The notes under the pieces were generated by a model. The model saw only the letters and a program-made list of their open reading frames with translations, made no database searches and was not told the DNA's origin. Both the position numbers and the translations under genes were made by a program. Shown piece after piece: positions 35,602 to 47,739 of a DNA stretch of 64,000 nucleotides. Numbering within the stretch: position 1 is the stretch's first letter; the number at the start of each line of letters is the position of its first letter. This DNA comes from Scyliorhinus canicula (lineage: Eukaryota): assembly GCF_902713615.1 (NCBI RefSeq), contig NC_052158.1, forward strand, positions 2,542,001-2,606,000, read 5' to 3'.

Positions 35602-36514
35602 TGTAGCCACCGAAGCTAGCCACTTCCCGACATAAAATGGAACATTGAGTTGCATGCAGGGAAAATTGGACAATGACAGAGAGGCAAGCAGGTTGCAGAA
35701 CCTCTCTGTGGATTCTGTCTGTGAAGAAACCAGACAGCATAGAAACTAACAAGCTGCGCATATTAATTGAGTGATTCCTGGGCACAATGGACACAATTAA
35801 GAATAACAAAGGCCAAGCTAGACTCTTCGGCGCCAGCAGGAGTCCCGGACAATAAGATACAAACAGCCCCAAGAACCGCCCAGTGATCGAGGAACAGCCC
35901 CGTTATTGGGGAAATTCAAATCAATCGATTGGGAAGAGACCCAATCGATTGCAAGTTTATAGAGAGTCCGCCCAGATGGCCGCGAAACCCAAAACAGTAT
36001 AAGACAGAGACCCCGACCCCAGCTCTCTCTCTAAGCCAGCCCTCCTCACTCTTAGCCGGCCCTCCCAGCAGAACACCTTTGCAGCAGCTCTCCAGGAACT
36101 TGCACGTGAGGAGGAGAGGCCTGGCCAATTGCTACACCGACAAGTAAGTGTCATACAATGCATGCTACGAGAGTAGACACTCCTGACCCCTTTAGCCCAC
36201 ACCAACTGGAAGCCTGCGGATCCAGGACAAAGCAAGAGGCCATTGTTCCCTGATCCGGCAGTTCCCTTATTCCAGATAAGTATGGGCCTAGTAGTGGTAG
36301 GAACAGTTTAGTCTTAGTATTATGTGCATGAGTAGTAAATAACTGTGTAATAATAAACGTGTCTTGTTTGAACTTACTAACTGGTGTATTGAGTAAGTGA
36401 TCTGAACTTGAACTTGAATCTTGTGGCGGTATCAAAGATACCTGGCGACTCCAGAGCTTAGGAATAAAACAGAGCCAATTGAGTGTAAAGCACACTCACC
36501 CAGAACGAGCAACA
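35602..36514 (+). mobile_element. Solo LTR (913 bp)
   Basis: TGT...ACA ends, perfect 4-bp TSD GTTG, TATA-like cagtataaga near 35996, AATAAA near 36352 and 36463. Confidence 0.85.
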
Positions 36515-36974
36515 GTTGGTGCCCAACAGCAAGTGTGTAAACAGTGGGACACTGCGCAAGAAATGGGTGAAGGGGAGGTTATGTGGCAAATGGCATTTAA
36601 AAGTGCTGCGTATCACTTGCTCGTGTTAAAAACAAAACGCCAAACCGAATACTTTCAATGCAGGACTTTATTAGCCTCTTAAACATATGTACTCAGATAA
36701 TCAGATGTAACCAGGAGAGTAAGAACACACTTCAGCATAACCATGTATAAAAAACATGCAAACTCACTTGATTAAAAACCCCTTATCGCAAAACCAACTG
36801 GGGTCCTTCAAAGCCAAGTAACCAACTTGTGCAATATATCTGTCCAAATGACAGCAAAATACTGACGTCATGTCAACACGTATTCAAGTTACTTACACTG
36901 GGGGTGTGTGTGTGGGCGAGTGGGGTGGGGGTAGTGGCGAGAGGAGAGGGGGAAACAACAGTTTGGGAAGGAAT

Positions 36975-38885
36975 TCAATCGACCTCCTCAATTGTTGGAC
37001 CACTGAAGGAATTTCCTTTGCCAGCCTGGTCTCCAAAGCCGACGGGCACATCGCCCTGGTATAGTTTAGCAAGAATGGGATTGCAGGCATTTTCCAGCTT
37101 CCTCAGTTGCTGCTCAAACTCATCCTTGTCTGCCTCCTGGTGCGCCTCCAGCCAGGATATAGCCTGGTTACACATTTCAATGACCTTCTGCTTGTCTTCC
37201 TCGCTGATCTTGTCTTTCATTTTCTCCTCCTCCACCGAACTCTTCATGTTGAAGGCGTACGACTCCAGGGAGTTCTTGGCTGCAATCAATTTGCACTGAT
37301 GGTCATCTTGGCCCTTGTACTTTTCTGCTTCCTGCACCATCCTCTCAATTTCCTCCTTGCTCAGCCGACCCTTGTCATTGGTGATGGTAATCTTGCTCTC
37401 TTTGCCGGTGCTCTTGTCCACGGCCGACACGTTCAGGATGCCGTTGGCATCAATGTCAAAGGTGACCTCGATCTGTGGTACTCCGCGTGGTGCAGGGGGA
37501 ATCCCACTGAGGTCAAATTTGCCCAGGAGGTTGTTGTCCTTGGTCATGGCTCTCTCTCCTTCATACACCTGAATCAGGACGCCTGGTTGACTGTCAGAAT
37601 ACGTGGTGAAGATCTGGGTCTGCTTGGTGGGAATGGTGGTGTTACGCTTGATGAGCGCGGTCATCACCCCGCCTGCTGTTTCAAGACCCAACGAGAGGGG
37701 AGCAACATCCAGGAGAAGTAAATCCTGGACATTCTCCGACTTATCCCCCATCAGAACAGCCGCTTGGACAGCCGCTCCATAGGCCACGGCTTCATCAGGA
37801 TTGATGCTCTTGTTCAGCTCTTTGCCGTTGAAGAAATCTTGCAGCAGTTTCTGGATCTTGGGGATGCGAGTGGAGCCCCCGACCAAGACCACATCGTGGA
37901 TCTCTGATTTGTCCAACTTCGCGTCTCTCAGAGCTTTCTCCACTGGTTCCAGAGTGCCTCTGAACAGGTCAGAATTCAGCTCCTCAAACCGAGCCCTGGT
38001 GATGGAGGTGTAAAAGTCTAAACTTTCAAACAGAGAGTCAATCTCAATACTGGCTTGGGTGCTGGAAGACAGGGTTCTCTTGGCTCTCTCGCAGGCTGTC
38101 CTCAGTCTCCTGACCGCCCTCTTGTTCTGACTGATGTCCTTCCTGTACTTACGCTTGAACTCCTCAATGAAATGATTGACCATGCGGTTATCAAAGTCCT
38201 CGCCTCCCAAGTGGGTGTCACCCGCTGTGGATTTCACTTCAAAGATCCCGTCGTCAATGGAGAGAACAGACACGTCGAAGGTGCCACCTCCCAAGTCAAA
38301 GATGAGAACATTGTGTTCCCCTCTGCCCTTCTTGTCCAGGCCGTAGGCAATGGCAGCTGCTGTTGGCTCATTGATGACACGGAGGACATTGAGGCCAGCG
38401 ATCACCCCGGCATCCTTGGTTGCCTGGCGCTGGGAGTCATTGAAGTAAGCAGGCACAGTGATGACAGCGTTGGTGACGGTGTGTCCCAGGTAGGCCTCAG
38501 CCGTCTCCTTCATCTTAGTCAGCACCATGGAGGAGATCTCCTCAGGGTTAAAGGTTTTATCCTCCCCCTTGTACTCGACCTTCACCTTGGGCTTCCCCGC
38601 GTGGTTCACCACCTCAAAGGGCCAGTGCTTCATGTCAGACTGGACCAGAGGGTCGTCAAACCTCCTCCCGATTAGCCTCTTGGCATCAAAGACTGTGTTC
38701 TGGGGATTGAGAGCCACCTGGTTCTTGGCAGCGTCTCCGATGAGTCTCTCAGTTTTGTTGAAGGCCACGTAGCTGGGGGTGGTGCGGTTGCCCTGGTCAT
38801 TGGCGATGATCTCCACCTTGCTCTGCTGGAAGACCCCCACGCAGGAGTAGGTGGTGCCCAGGTCGATGCCAATGGCTGCTGGCAT
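36975..38885 (-). CDS. hsp70: Heat shock 70 kDa protein, cytosolic, intronless (paralog 2; 636 aa)
   Basis: Uninterrupted ORF with all three HSP70 signatures and [14 protein letters not shown] at 36672-36667. Confidence 0.97.
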   Translation of the reverse strand: MPAAIGIDLGTTYSCVGVFQQSKVEIIANDQGNRTTPSYVAFNKTERLIGDAAKNQVALNPQNTVFDAKRLIGRRFDDPLVQSDMKHWPFEVVNHAGKPKVKVEYKGEDKTFNPEEISSMVLTKMKETAEAYLGHTVTNAVITVPAYFNDSQRQATKDAGVIAGLNVLRVINEPTAAAIAYGLDKKGRGEHNVLIFDLGGGTFDVSVLSIDDGIFEVKSTAGDTHLGGEDFDNRMVNHFIEEFKRKYRKDISQNKRAVRRLRTACERAKRTLSSSTQASIEIDSLFESLDFYTSITRARFEELNSDLFRGTLEPVEKALRDAKLDKSEIHDVVLVGGSTRIPKIQKLLQDFFNGKELNKSINPDEAVAYGAAVQAAVLMGDKSENVQDLLLLDVAPLSLGLETAGGVMTALIKRNTTIPTKQTQIFTTYSDSQPGVLIQVYEGERAMTKDNNLLGKFDLSGIPPAPRGVPQIEVTFDIDANGILNVSAVDKSTGKESKITITNDKGRLSKEEIERMVQEAEKYKGQDDHQCKLIAAKNSLESYAFNMKSSVEEEKMKDKISEEDKQKVIEMCNQAISWLEAHQEADKDEFEQQLRKLENACNPILAKLYQGDVPVGFGDQAGKGNSFSGPTIEEVD

Positions 38886-38984
38886 GGTTTTACAGGGTCC
38901 TTGTGTTGGGCCCTGTGGTGTGTGGGTGTCAAACTGTCCCAGCTTACGACGATGCCGGGGCTTCTGTCGCCGTTGGCGCCGGCC

Positions 38985-39175
38985 AGTTGCTTATTTACAG
39001 TCCGCCGGCGGAAATCCAGAACTGCAGCCAATGACAGGACGCCCCGCCCCCCGTCTCTCGAATGCGGAGACAGGCCCAATGCCGGGAGGGCCCAATCAGC
39101 GAGCGCGCAACACGGTTGCCTGGCCGACCAGGTAATAGCAACATTACGTCGAACAAAGGGCGCGCACGTGGGACC
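38985..39175 (-). promoter_or_regulatory. Promoter of HSP70 paralog 2
   Basis: TATA variant TGTAAATAA at 38999-38991, three CCAAT boxes, a GC box, E-box CACGTG near 39165, CpG rich. Confidence 0.7.
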
Positions 39176-40215
39176 CTTGTTGTCTCTTTGCACCTTTTAA
39201 TGTCCTGCCTGCGTCCAGCAAAGGTGCCTTACCTCCAATTCTAGCCCAAGTATCAACCATTCACATGGAAGAAGACGCTGATTCCTGGACGAAGTGGGGG
39301 GGAGGGGGTGGGGGGGGGGGGGGGTCTTAACACCAGGAAAGGCACACAAACACAGGCTGGGCCCGCTTGTATCCATTGAAGTTGAGAAGAGTGAGCAGTG
39401 ATATCCAGATTTCACTTGACTTAACAGAGTGGATGCTCCACTCCACCCACCACCCCCCCCCCCCCCCCCCACCCCTTGTGGGAGAGACCTGGGGATGGGA
39501 TTCTCCGGCCTTTCCGTCGCTTGTCAATGGGATTCCTCACTGAAGCCATCACACTCCGCGGGGAAACCTAAGGGCGGGGCTCCGCTGCCGGAGATTCCCG
39601 CCCCCAGCGAATGAGCGGAGAATTCCGGCCTCGAACTAAAGATCCCAGTTTAAAAATAAAGGACCTGCCATTTAGATTAGGAGAATGTTTTTTTTTCTCG
39701 CCGAAGGCCTGTGGTCTGTGAAATTCTCTCTGGCAAGGCGTGCCGCAATTATGAGTGGCATGGACAGAGTGGATAGTCAGACGCTTTTTGCCAGGGTGGA
39801 AAAGTCAATTACTAGCGGACATAGGTTTAAAGTGCGAAGGGCAAAGTTCAGAGGAGATGTGCGAGGGATGTTTTTTTACACAGAGGGTAGTGGGTGCCTG
39901 GAACTCGCTGCTGGGGGAGGTGGTGGAAGCAGATACGAAAGTGATATTTAAGGGGCATCTTGACAAAGACATGAATAGGATGGGAAAAGAGGGACAAATA
40001 AACTAATCTGTGCAGACCAGATACAATATGCAAAAGCCCAACATTGGAAATAACTCCCTAACACCCAAAATTTATTGAAGTTTTTACATATTGTACACTA
40101 TCATAGAATTTACAGTGCAGAGGACAGCACGGTGGCGCAGTGGTTAGCACTGCCCCTTTGGTGCTGAGGACCCTGGTTCGATCCCGGCCCTGGGTCACTG
40201 TCCGTGAGGAGTGTG

Positions 40216-43200
40216 TGATGCACTATCAATTGCGACAAGACGAGAGTAGAGAGTAATCAAAGCTTTATTACGCAGAGATGTGGAGCCTCCCGCAGCTGTT
40301 GCCGAAATGGCTGCAGCTCGGAGAGCCGACACATTTATACTCCGCCTACTGGGCGGAGCCAGCAGGGATCTACCCCCGTACCTGTAGTACAGGGGCCTTA
40401 CCATAATACCCTTGTATGCAGTATATAATACAACAGTGGTGACTGCCACATTCACCCCCTGTTAAAAAAAAGAGTCCAGCGGGGTGGTGGAAACTATTTA
40501 CATACAGGTTGTTAAAAAAATTTTGAAAAAGTTTACAAATTTAGACGGTTGGGCGCCTTGATCCGCCGTTGCGAGCGCCGCAGGTGTGTTGTTGATGCCG
40601 GCGTTGGCTCGATCATCGGTGACTCCGGGAGCGTGTCGACCTCATCTTCATCCATGGGTGGGACGAAGGGGAGGGTGGATCATCCTGGAGCGGGGGCTGT
40701 GGCGGGGTGCTCTGGGGGAAGGGAGGGTGGTGCCAGGGCAGAGGGGGCAGTGTGTAGGGACCCAGCAGGTGCCAGGTCCCAAAGGGAGACTGTGTCAGAG
40801 ACCCAGTCACTGTGGAAGTAAGCAGGGAAACTGAACAGAGCAAAGATGATGTTAAGGGCTTTGAAGACGGTGGCAGACGTCATGTCAGGGCATGGGATGG
40901 CGAAGGGGAATCTCGAGTACTCGTCAACCACATTGAGAAAATACGTGTTGCAGTCGGTGGAGGGGAGGGTCCCTTTGAAGTCCACGCTGAGGCGTTCAAA
41001 GGGGCGGGAGGCCTTCACCAGGCTTGCACAGTCTGGCCGGTAGAAGGGCGGTTTACACTCCGCACAGACCTGGCAGTCTCTGGTGATAGCCCTGACTTCC
41101 TCGATGGAGTGGGGCAGATTACCGGCCTTTATGAAGTGATAAAAGTGGGTGACCCCTGGGTAACAGAGATCGTTGTGCAGGGTGCGGAGTCGGTCCACTT
41201 GTGTGCTGGCAAATGTACCTCAGGATAGGGCAACGGGGGGGGGGGGGGGGGGGGGGGGGGGTCGTTGAGCTTAGCGGGGTGATACAAAATCCGTAATTGT
41301 AGGTGGAGAGCTCGATCCTCCACCTCAAGATTTTAGCATTTTTGATCTTGCCCCGCTGTGTGTTAAACATGAAGGCTACCGACCATTGGTCAGTGAGGAG
41401 AGTGAATCTCCTGCCGGCCAGGTAATGCCTCCAGTGCTGCACAGCTTCTACGATGGCTTGGGCCTCCTTTTCAACAGAGGAGTGCCAAATTTCGGAGGCA
41501 TGGAGGGTGGGAGAAAAGAATGCCACGGGTCTGCCTGCCTGGTTGAGGGTGGCGGCCAGAGCGACGTCTGATGCATCGCTCTTTACTTGGAATGGTAACG
41601 TCTCGTCGACCGTGTGCATCGCGGCCGTGGCGATGTCGGCCTTGATACGGTTCAAGGCCTGGTGAGCCTCGGCCGTCAGTGGGAAAGCAGTGGATTGAAT
41701 GAGTGGTCGGGCCTTGTCCGCATAGTTTGGGACCCATTGGCCGTAGTACAAAAAGAACCCCAGGGCATCGTTTGAGGGCCTTGGGGCAGTGGGGGAGGGA
41801 GAGTTCCATGAGGGGACACAGGCGATCGGGGTCGGACCCTAGAACTCCGTTCTGAACCACATAGCCGAGGATGGCTACAAATTTAGACGGTTGGGCGCCT
41901 TGATCCGCTGTTGCAAGCGCCGCAGGTGTGTTGTTGATACCGGCGTTGGCTCGATCATCAGTGACTCCGGGAGCGTGTCGACCTCATCTTCATCCATGGG
42001 TGGGATCAAGGGGACGGTGGATCATCCTGGAGCGGGGGAAGAGTGAATCTCCTGCAGGCCAGGTAATGCCTCCAGTGCTGCACAGCTTCTATGATGGCTT
42101 GAGCGTCCTTTTCAACAGAGGAGTGCCGAATTTCGGAGGCATGGAGGGTGGGAGAAAAGAATGAGCACACACTTCTCCTTGTTGGAGGTTAGGTTAAGGA
42201 ATTTGGCAGTGTGGAGGAATTTGGAAAGGTTAACGTCGTGGTCCTGCTAGTCGTGGCCACAGATGGTGACGTTGTCCAGGTACGGGAAAGTGGCCCGCAG
42301 TCTGTACCGTTCAACCATTCGGTCCATCTCCCGTTGGAAGACCGAGACCCCGTTAGTGACGCCAAAGGGAATCCTAAGGAAATGGCAAAGGTGGCCATCC
42401 GCTTCAAATGTGTGAGGGGAGCAAGATGGCAGCGCTCACCTAACCTGCACGAGTTGTGAGGGGAGCAAGATGGCGACGCCCACGGGCCGCACGAGGTCTG
42501 CGGGGAGGAAGATGGCGGCGCCGGGGGGTCGCACATGGGGGGCGCCGGGGCAACAACGGCAACCGAGTGGGCCTGGCACACAGCAGCAAAATGTCCTTTC
42601 TTACCGCAGGCCTTGCAGAGCGCGCTCCTTGCAGGTCAGCGTTGTCGGGGGTGCTTTGACTGTCCAGAGGAGTAGACCTTGGGTCCCCCGGAGTTGTGTG
42701 GTTGTCGCATGGCGCTGGCCTGGGGTTGGCTGGGGGGCGGTTGCTGATGGGGTAGGGCGTTCTCTGTCGGGGTCCACGATGTCCAGGAGTGGCAGGCCGC
42801 GCGGTGGGGGGCATACGCTTGAATATTGCGTGAGGCGACCATGAGCGAGAGTGCTAGTTTCTTGGTCGGCGCAAGGTCGAGGGTAGCCCCTTCTAAGAGT
42901 CGCTGGCGGATGTAGGCCGACTCTATGCCTGTAACAAGCGCGTCTCTAAGTAGCAAGTCTGAATGTTCAGAGGCTGAGACGGCCTGGCAATCGCAGTCTC
43001 ACTAGGAGGTGCAGGGCCAGAAATCCTCCACAGACTCACCGGGGAGTTGATGCCGCGGTGAGAGGAGGTGCCTGGCGTAGGTCTTGTTGGTCTGCTGCAT
43101 GTAGCTCTCCTTCAGTTGCGCCATGGCCTCAGCGTATGTCCGCGTGTCCCAGATGAGGGGGAAGATGTCTGAGCTCAGGCGCGTGTAGAGGATCTGGAGC

Positions 43201-43599
43201 TGATGTGCTTCTGAGGGTGGTTCAGTCGCAGATCCGATGTATGCCTCGAAGCAGGCTAGCCAATGTGCGGAAACTGACTTGGCATTGTCTGCTTAAGGGT
43301 GCAGCTGCAGGCGACCAGGCTTGATGCGGAGATCCATTGTTTTAAAATCTCTGCATAATTAACTGATGCACTATCAATGACGACGAGACGAGAGTAGAGA
43401 GTAATCGAGGCTTTATTAAGCAGAGATGTGTTGCCTCCTGCAGCTGTTGCCGAAATAGCTGCAGCTCGGAGAGCCCATACATTTATACTCCGCCTACTGG
43501 GCGGAGCCAGCAGGCAGGGATCTACCCCCGTACCTGTAATACAGGGACCTTACCGTAATACCCTCGTATGCAGTATATACAACAGTGGTGACTACCACA
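40216..43599 (-). mobile_element. Rearranged Gypsy LTR retrotransposon (LTRs 40216-40450 and 43364-43599) inserted in a SINE
   Basis: Paired LTRs, PPT next to 40450, TSD gtgtg/gtttg, gag (LRDALVTGI), RNase H (SDASD, EKEAQAIV) and integrase (HCC region, VVDEYSRF) remnants. Confidence 0.9.
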
Positions 43600-44898
43600 G
43601 TTTGCACATTCTCCCCTTGTCTGCGTAAGTTTCACCCCCACAATCTCAAATAGTGCAGGTTAGGTGGATTGCTAAATTGCCCATTAATTGGAAAAAATAT
43701 TTGGGTACTCAATTTATTCAAAAAAAAATTTACAGTGCAGAAGGAGGCCATTCAGCCCATTGAATCTGCACCAGCCCTTGGAAATAGCACCCTACTTAAA
43801 AGGTAATGCAGTAACCTCACCTAACCTTTTGGACACGAAGGGCAATTTATCATGGTCAATCCACCTAACCTGCACATCTTTGGACTGTGGAAGGAAACCA
43901 GAGCACCCGGAGGAAACCCACTCAGACACTGGGAAATCGTATAAACTCCACACAGTCACCACCCGAGGCCGGAATTGAACCCGGGTCCCTGACGCTGTGA
44001 GGCAGCAGTGCTGTGACCTCCGCCCCTCCCCCCCCCCTAATCCCCGAAGCCCCCTTCCTTCGTTGTTTCAGGGCCCTTTTCTGGGCCGTTCACTGTGCCC
44101 TGGGTAGTCATTTGTTATTTACAAGTGGGCGATGCCTCCCCTCCCCCTTTTATTGTTGGTCCCTCCCTCTTCATCCCGATACCCCGGAGACCGCCATTGA
44201 GGGGCACGGCTTCAACCTCACCCCCACAACCTTGGACATTGCCTCGGGGAAGGCTGTCCAGAACCCGACAGATCTGGAGCTTGCCCGAACATGTGGGTAT
44301 GATTGGCTGGGCCTCCCTGGCATCGTTCACACATATCCTCCACCACCTTACTCATTCTGGTTCTTGTCAAGTGCGATGAGGAGGTGGAGTTGACCCTGTA
44401 CAGTGCTTTGCTCCACAGTCCCTACCCTATTTCCACCCCGAGCTCTTCCTCCCAATTTTCCCCAAGTTTCGTCCAGCGGGAAGCACGTCCTTTCTAAAGG
44501 TCGTCTGTACACATCCCCACAGTGTGTCCAAAAACTTTAATGGGACTCTCCAGGAGTTGGAAATAGAAGCGCTCAGACAATACAGTACACGCATCCTCAT
44601 ACCATTTCCCAAAGGAAACATTCTAAACGTGGAATATTAGCAACAGGAGGAGCAACCTGTTGACTTCTGTTCAAAGTAAAGATGTGTGCACCCCTTTCCG
44701 ATCATCTTTAAACATTCTGCAACATCCAATTAGAAATGTAATTTATTCCGGAATTAATTGAACTGTATTGTTGCTCCCTCGGACGATTCGTAGAATCTTT
44801 GAAAGTTTATAACAGGGGCAGACCTCTCTTTTTTTTTATTCCAATGAATAAAAACAATTGCCCACATCCCATGAACAAATTAGAAAGCAATAAACTAT

Positions 44899-45234
44899 CT
44901 AGAATCTACAGTGCAAAAATAGGCTACTCGGCCCATCGCGTCTGCATCGGCCCTTGGAAAGAGCACCCTGCTTAAGCCCACACCTCCACCCTATCCCCAT
45001 GACACAGCAACCCCACCTATCCTTTTTGGACACTAAGGGAAATTGATCATGGCCAATCCACCTAACCCGCACATCTTTGGACTTGTGGGAGGAAAGCGGA
45101 GCACCCGGAGGAAACCCACGCACACACGGGGAGAACGTGCAGACTCCGCACAGACAGTGACCCAAGCCGGGAATCGAACCTGGGACCCTGGAGCTGTGAA
45201 GCAACAGTGCGAGTCACTGTGCTGCCATGCCACC
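44899..45234 (-). mobile_element. HE1-type SINE with CR1-like tail
   Basis: Complete head, core and tail. Confidence 0.85.
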
Positions 45235-45661
45235 CTATAGTTGGCTGTTGCAACAGTAATAATGGGAAGTGGTTGACAAATTAAGGTGGGCTGAATTGTT
45301 AATCTGTGCAACTAAACACGAATGTACCAGGAAGAAAGAAAAGAGAACGAGTATAAAACAAGTTAATTGAAAATTTCAGATTTAATTTCACACAATTAAA
45401 TAGTAGCACAAACAACATTCATTTATGGAAAATTGACAGAGTTAAAATATGTCCAGGCACCTCACAATAACTAAGAACGATAGCAAATATGCATCATATA
45501 CATAAAAAACATTTCCTTTCCTTCAAACTTAATGGAACAAAGGCACAGCAAGATGTTAAATAAGAACCTCACTTGTCCAACATTTTAGGAAAAATCAATG
45601 TCCATATAACCATTTGTGCAATATTTAATTCAAGGCATTAAACAAAGTTAATTCCGGCCTT

Positions 45662-47593
45662 TCAATCCACCTCCTCCACAGTGGGTCCTGTGGGATAGGC
45701 ATTCCCAGCCTGGGATCGGCAAGAGCTCCCAGCTGCTGCTGCTGCTCCTCCTTGGTACAGGTCGGCAATGATGGGATTGCAGAGTTTTTCCAGCTCTTTC
45801 AGCTGGAACTCAAACTCCTCCTTCTCTACCATCTGATTGTTCTCCAGCCACTGTATTGCCTGCTCACACTGCTCAATGATTTTCTTCTTATCTGCCTCAC
45901 TGATCTGATTCCTCACACTCTGCTCCTCCACCCAGCTCTTCATGTTGAAGGCGTATGACTCCAGGGAGTTCTTGGCTGCGATCCTCTGTCGCTGGACTTC
46001 ATCCTGGCTTTTGTACTTTTCTGCTTCCTGCACCATCCTCTCAATCTCCTCCTTGCTCAGCCGGCCCTTGTCGTTGCTGATGGTGATTTTGTTGGATTGG
46101 CCGGTGCTCTTGTCAACAGCAGAAACATTGAGGATGCCGTTGGCATCAATGTCAAAGGTGACCTCGATCTGTGGCACCCCACGGGGGGCAGGGGCAATGC
46201 CACTCAACTCAAATTTGCCCAGGAGGTTGTTGTCCTTGGTCATGGCTCTCTCTCCTTCGTACACCTGAATGAGGACCCCGGGCTGGTTCTCAGAGTAGGT
46301 GCTGAAGGTCTGGGTCTGCTTGGTGGGAATGGTGGTGTTACGCTTGATGAGTGTGGTCATCACCCCTCCTGCGGTCTCGAGACCCAGAGACAGGGCAGCG
46401 ACATCCAGGAGAAGTAAATCCTGGACATTCTCCGACTGATCCCCCATCAGAACAGCCGCTTGGACAGCCGCCCCATAGGCCACGGCTTCATCAGGATTGA
46501 TGCTCTTGTTCAGCTCTTTGCCGTTGAAGAAATCTTGCAGCAGTTTCTGGACCATGGGGATGCGAGTGGAGCCCCCGACCAAGACCACATCGTGGATGTG
46601 TGATTTCTCCATCTTGGCGTCTCTCAGAGCTTTCTCCACTGGTTCCAGAGTGCCTCTGAACAGGTCAGAATTCAGCTCCTCAAACCGAGCCCTGGTGATG
46701 GAGGTGTAAAAGTCTATGCCTTCAAACAGAGAGTCAATCTCAATACTGGCTTGGGTGCTGGAAGACAGGGTTCTCTTGGCTCTCTCGCAGGCTGTCCTCA
46801 GTCTCCTGACCGCCCTCTTGTTCTCACTGATGTCCTTCTTGCATTTACGCTTGAACTCCTCAATGAAGTGACTGACCATGCGGTTATCAAAGTCCTCTCC
46901 TCCCAAGTGGGTGTCACCCGCTGTGGATTTCACCTCAAAGATCCCGTCGTCAATGGAGAGAACAGACACGTCGAAGGTGCCACCTCCCAAGTCAAAGATG
47001 AGAACATTGTGTTCCCCTCTGCCCTTCTTGTCCAGGCCGTAGGCAATGGCAGCTGCTGTTGGCTCATTGATGACACGGAGGACATTGAGGCCAGCGATCA
47101 CCCCGGCATCCTTGGTTGCCTGGCGCTGGGAGTCATTGAAGTAAGCAGGCACAGTGATGACAGCGTTGGTGACGGTGTGTCCCAGGTAGGCCTCAGCCGT
47201 CTCCTTCATCTTAGTCAGCACCATGGAGGAGATCTCCTCAGGGTTAAAGGTTTTATCCTCCCCCTTGTACTCGACCTTCACCTTGGGCTTCCCCGCCTGG
47301 TTCACCACCTGGAAGGGCCAGTGCTTCATGTCAGACTGGACCAGCGGGTCGTCAAACCTCCTCCCGATGAGCCTCTTGGCATCAAAGATGGTGTTGGGTG
47401 GGTTGAGAGCCACCTGATTCTTGGCAGCGTCTCCGATGAGCCTCTCGGTGTCGTTGAAGGCCACGTAGCTGGGGGTGGTGCGGTTGCCCTGGTCATTGGC
47501 GATGATCTCCACCTTGCCGTGCTGGAAGACCCCCACGCAGGAGTAGGTGGTGCCCAGGTCAATGCCAATGGCTGTTCCTTTAGCTGGTGGCAT
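45662..47593 (-). CDS. hsp70: Heat shock 70 kDa protein, cytosolic, intronless (paralog 3; 643 aa, [14 protein letters not shown]...GPTVEEVD)
   Basis: HSP70 signatures and EEVD end. First ATG at 47593. TATAAA at 47750-47745. ATTAAA at 45386-45381 in an AT-rich 3' UTR. Confidence 0.97.
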   Translation of the reverse strand: MPPAKGTAIGIDLGTTYSCVGVFQHGKVEIIANDQGNRTTPSYVAFNDTERLIGDAAKNQVALNPPNTIFDAKRLIGRRFDDPLVQSDMKHWPFQVVNQAGKPKVKVEYKGEDKTFNPEEISSMVLTKMKETAEAYLGHTVTNAVITVPAYFNDSQRQATKDAGVIAGLNVLRVINEPTAAAIAYGLDKKGRGEHNVLIFDLGGGTFDVSVLSIDDGIFEVKSTAGDTHLGGEDFDNRMVSHFIEEFKRKCKKDISENKRAVRRLRTACERAKRTLSSSTQASIEIDSLFEGIDFYTSITRARFEELNSDLFRGTLEPVEKALRDAKMEKSHIHDVVLVGGSTRIPMVQKLLQDFFNGKELNKSINPDEAVAYGAAVQAAVLMGDQSENVQDLLLLDVAALSLGLETAGGVMTTLIKRNTTIPTKQTQTFSTYSENQPGVLIQVYEGERAMTKDNNLLGKFELSGIAPAPRGVPQIEVTFDIDANGILNVSAVDKSTGQSNKITISNDKGRLSKEEIERMVQEAEKYKSQDEVQRQRIAAKNSLESYAFNMKSWVEEQSVRNQISEADKKKIIEQCEQAIQWLENNQMVEKEEFEFQLKELEKLCNPIIADLYQGGAAAAAGSSCRSQAGNAYPTGPTVEEVD

Positions 47594-47627
47594 CTTGAGT
47601 CCTGATCCAAGCCGAGTGAATTCAGTC

Positions 47628-47651
47628 GCTGCTGCTGCTGCTGCTGCTGCT
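47628..47651 (-). repeat. (CAG)n/(GCA)n trinucleotide run in the HSP70-3 5' UTR
   Basis: About 8 units between the TATA box and the ATG. Confidence 0.9.
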
Positions 47652-47739
47652 GTGAAGTTTTGCTGATGCAGTGATCCAGTTGCCACCTGCTCTGTGCTCC
47701 GGGCGGGAGGGTGATTGTGACTGGGAGCCGCTCAGCTCT

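Noticed and set aside
30925-47605. Long plus-strand ORFs antisense to the HSP70 genes
   Set aside because: A well-known by-product of HSP70 codon usage. They are fragmented differently in each paralog and have no promoter evidence.
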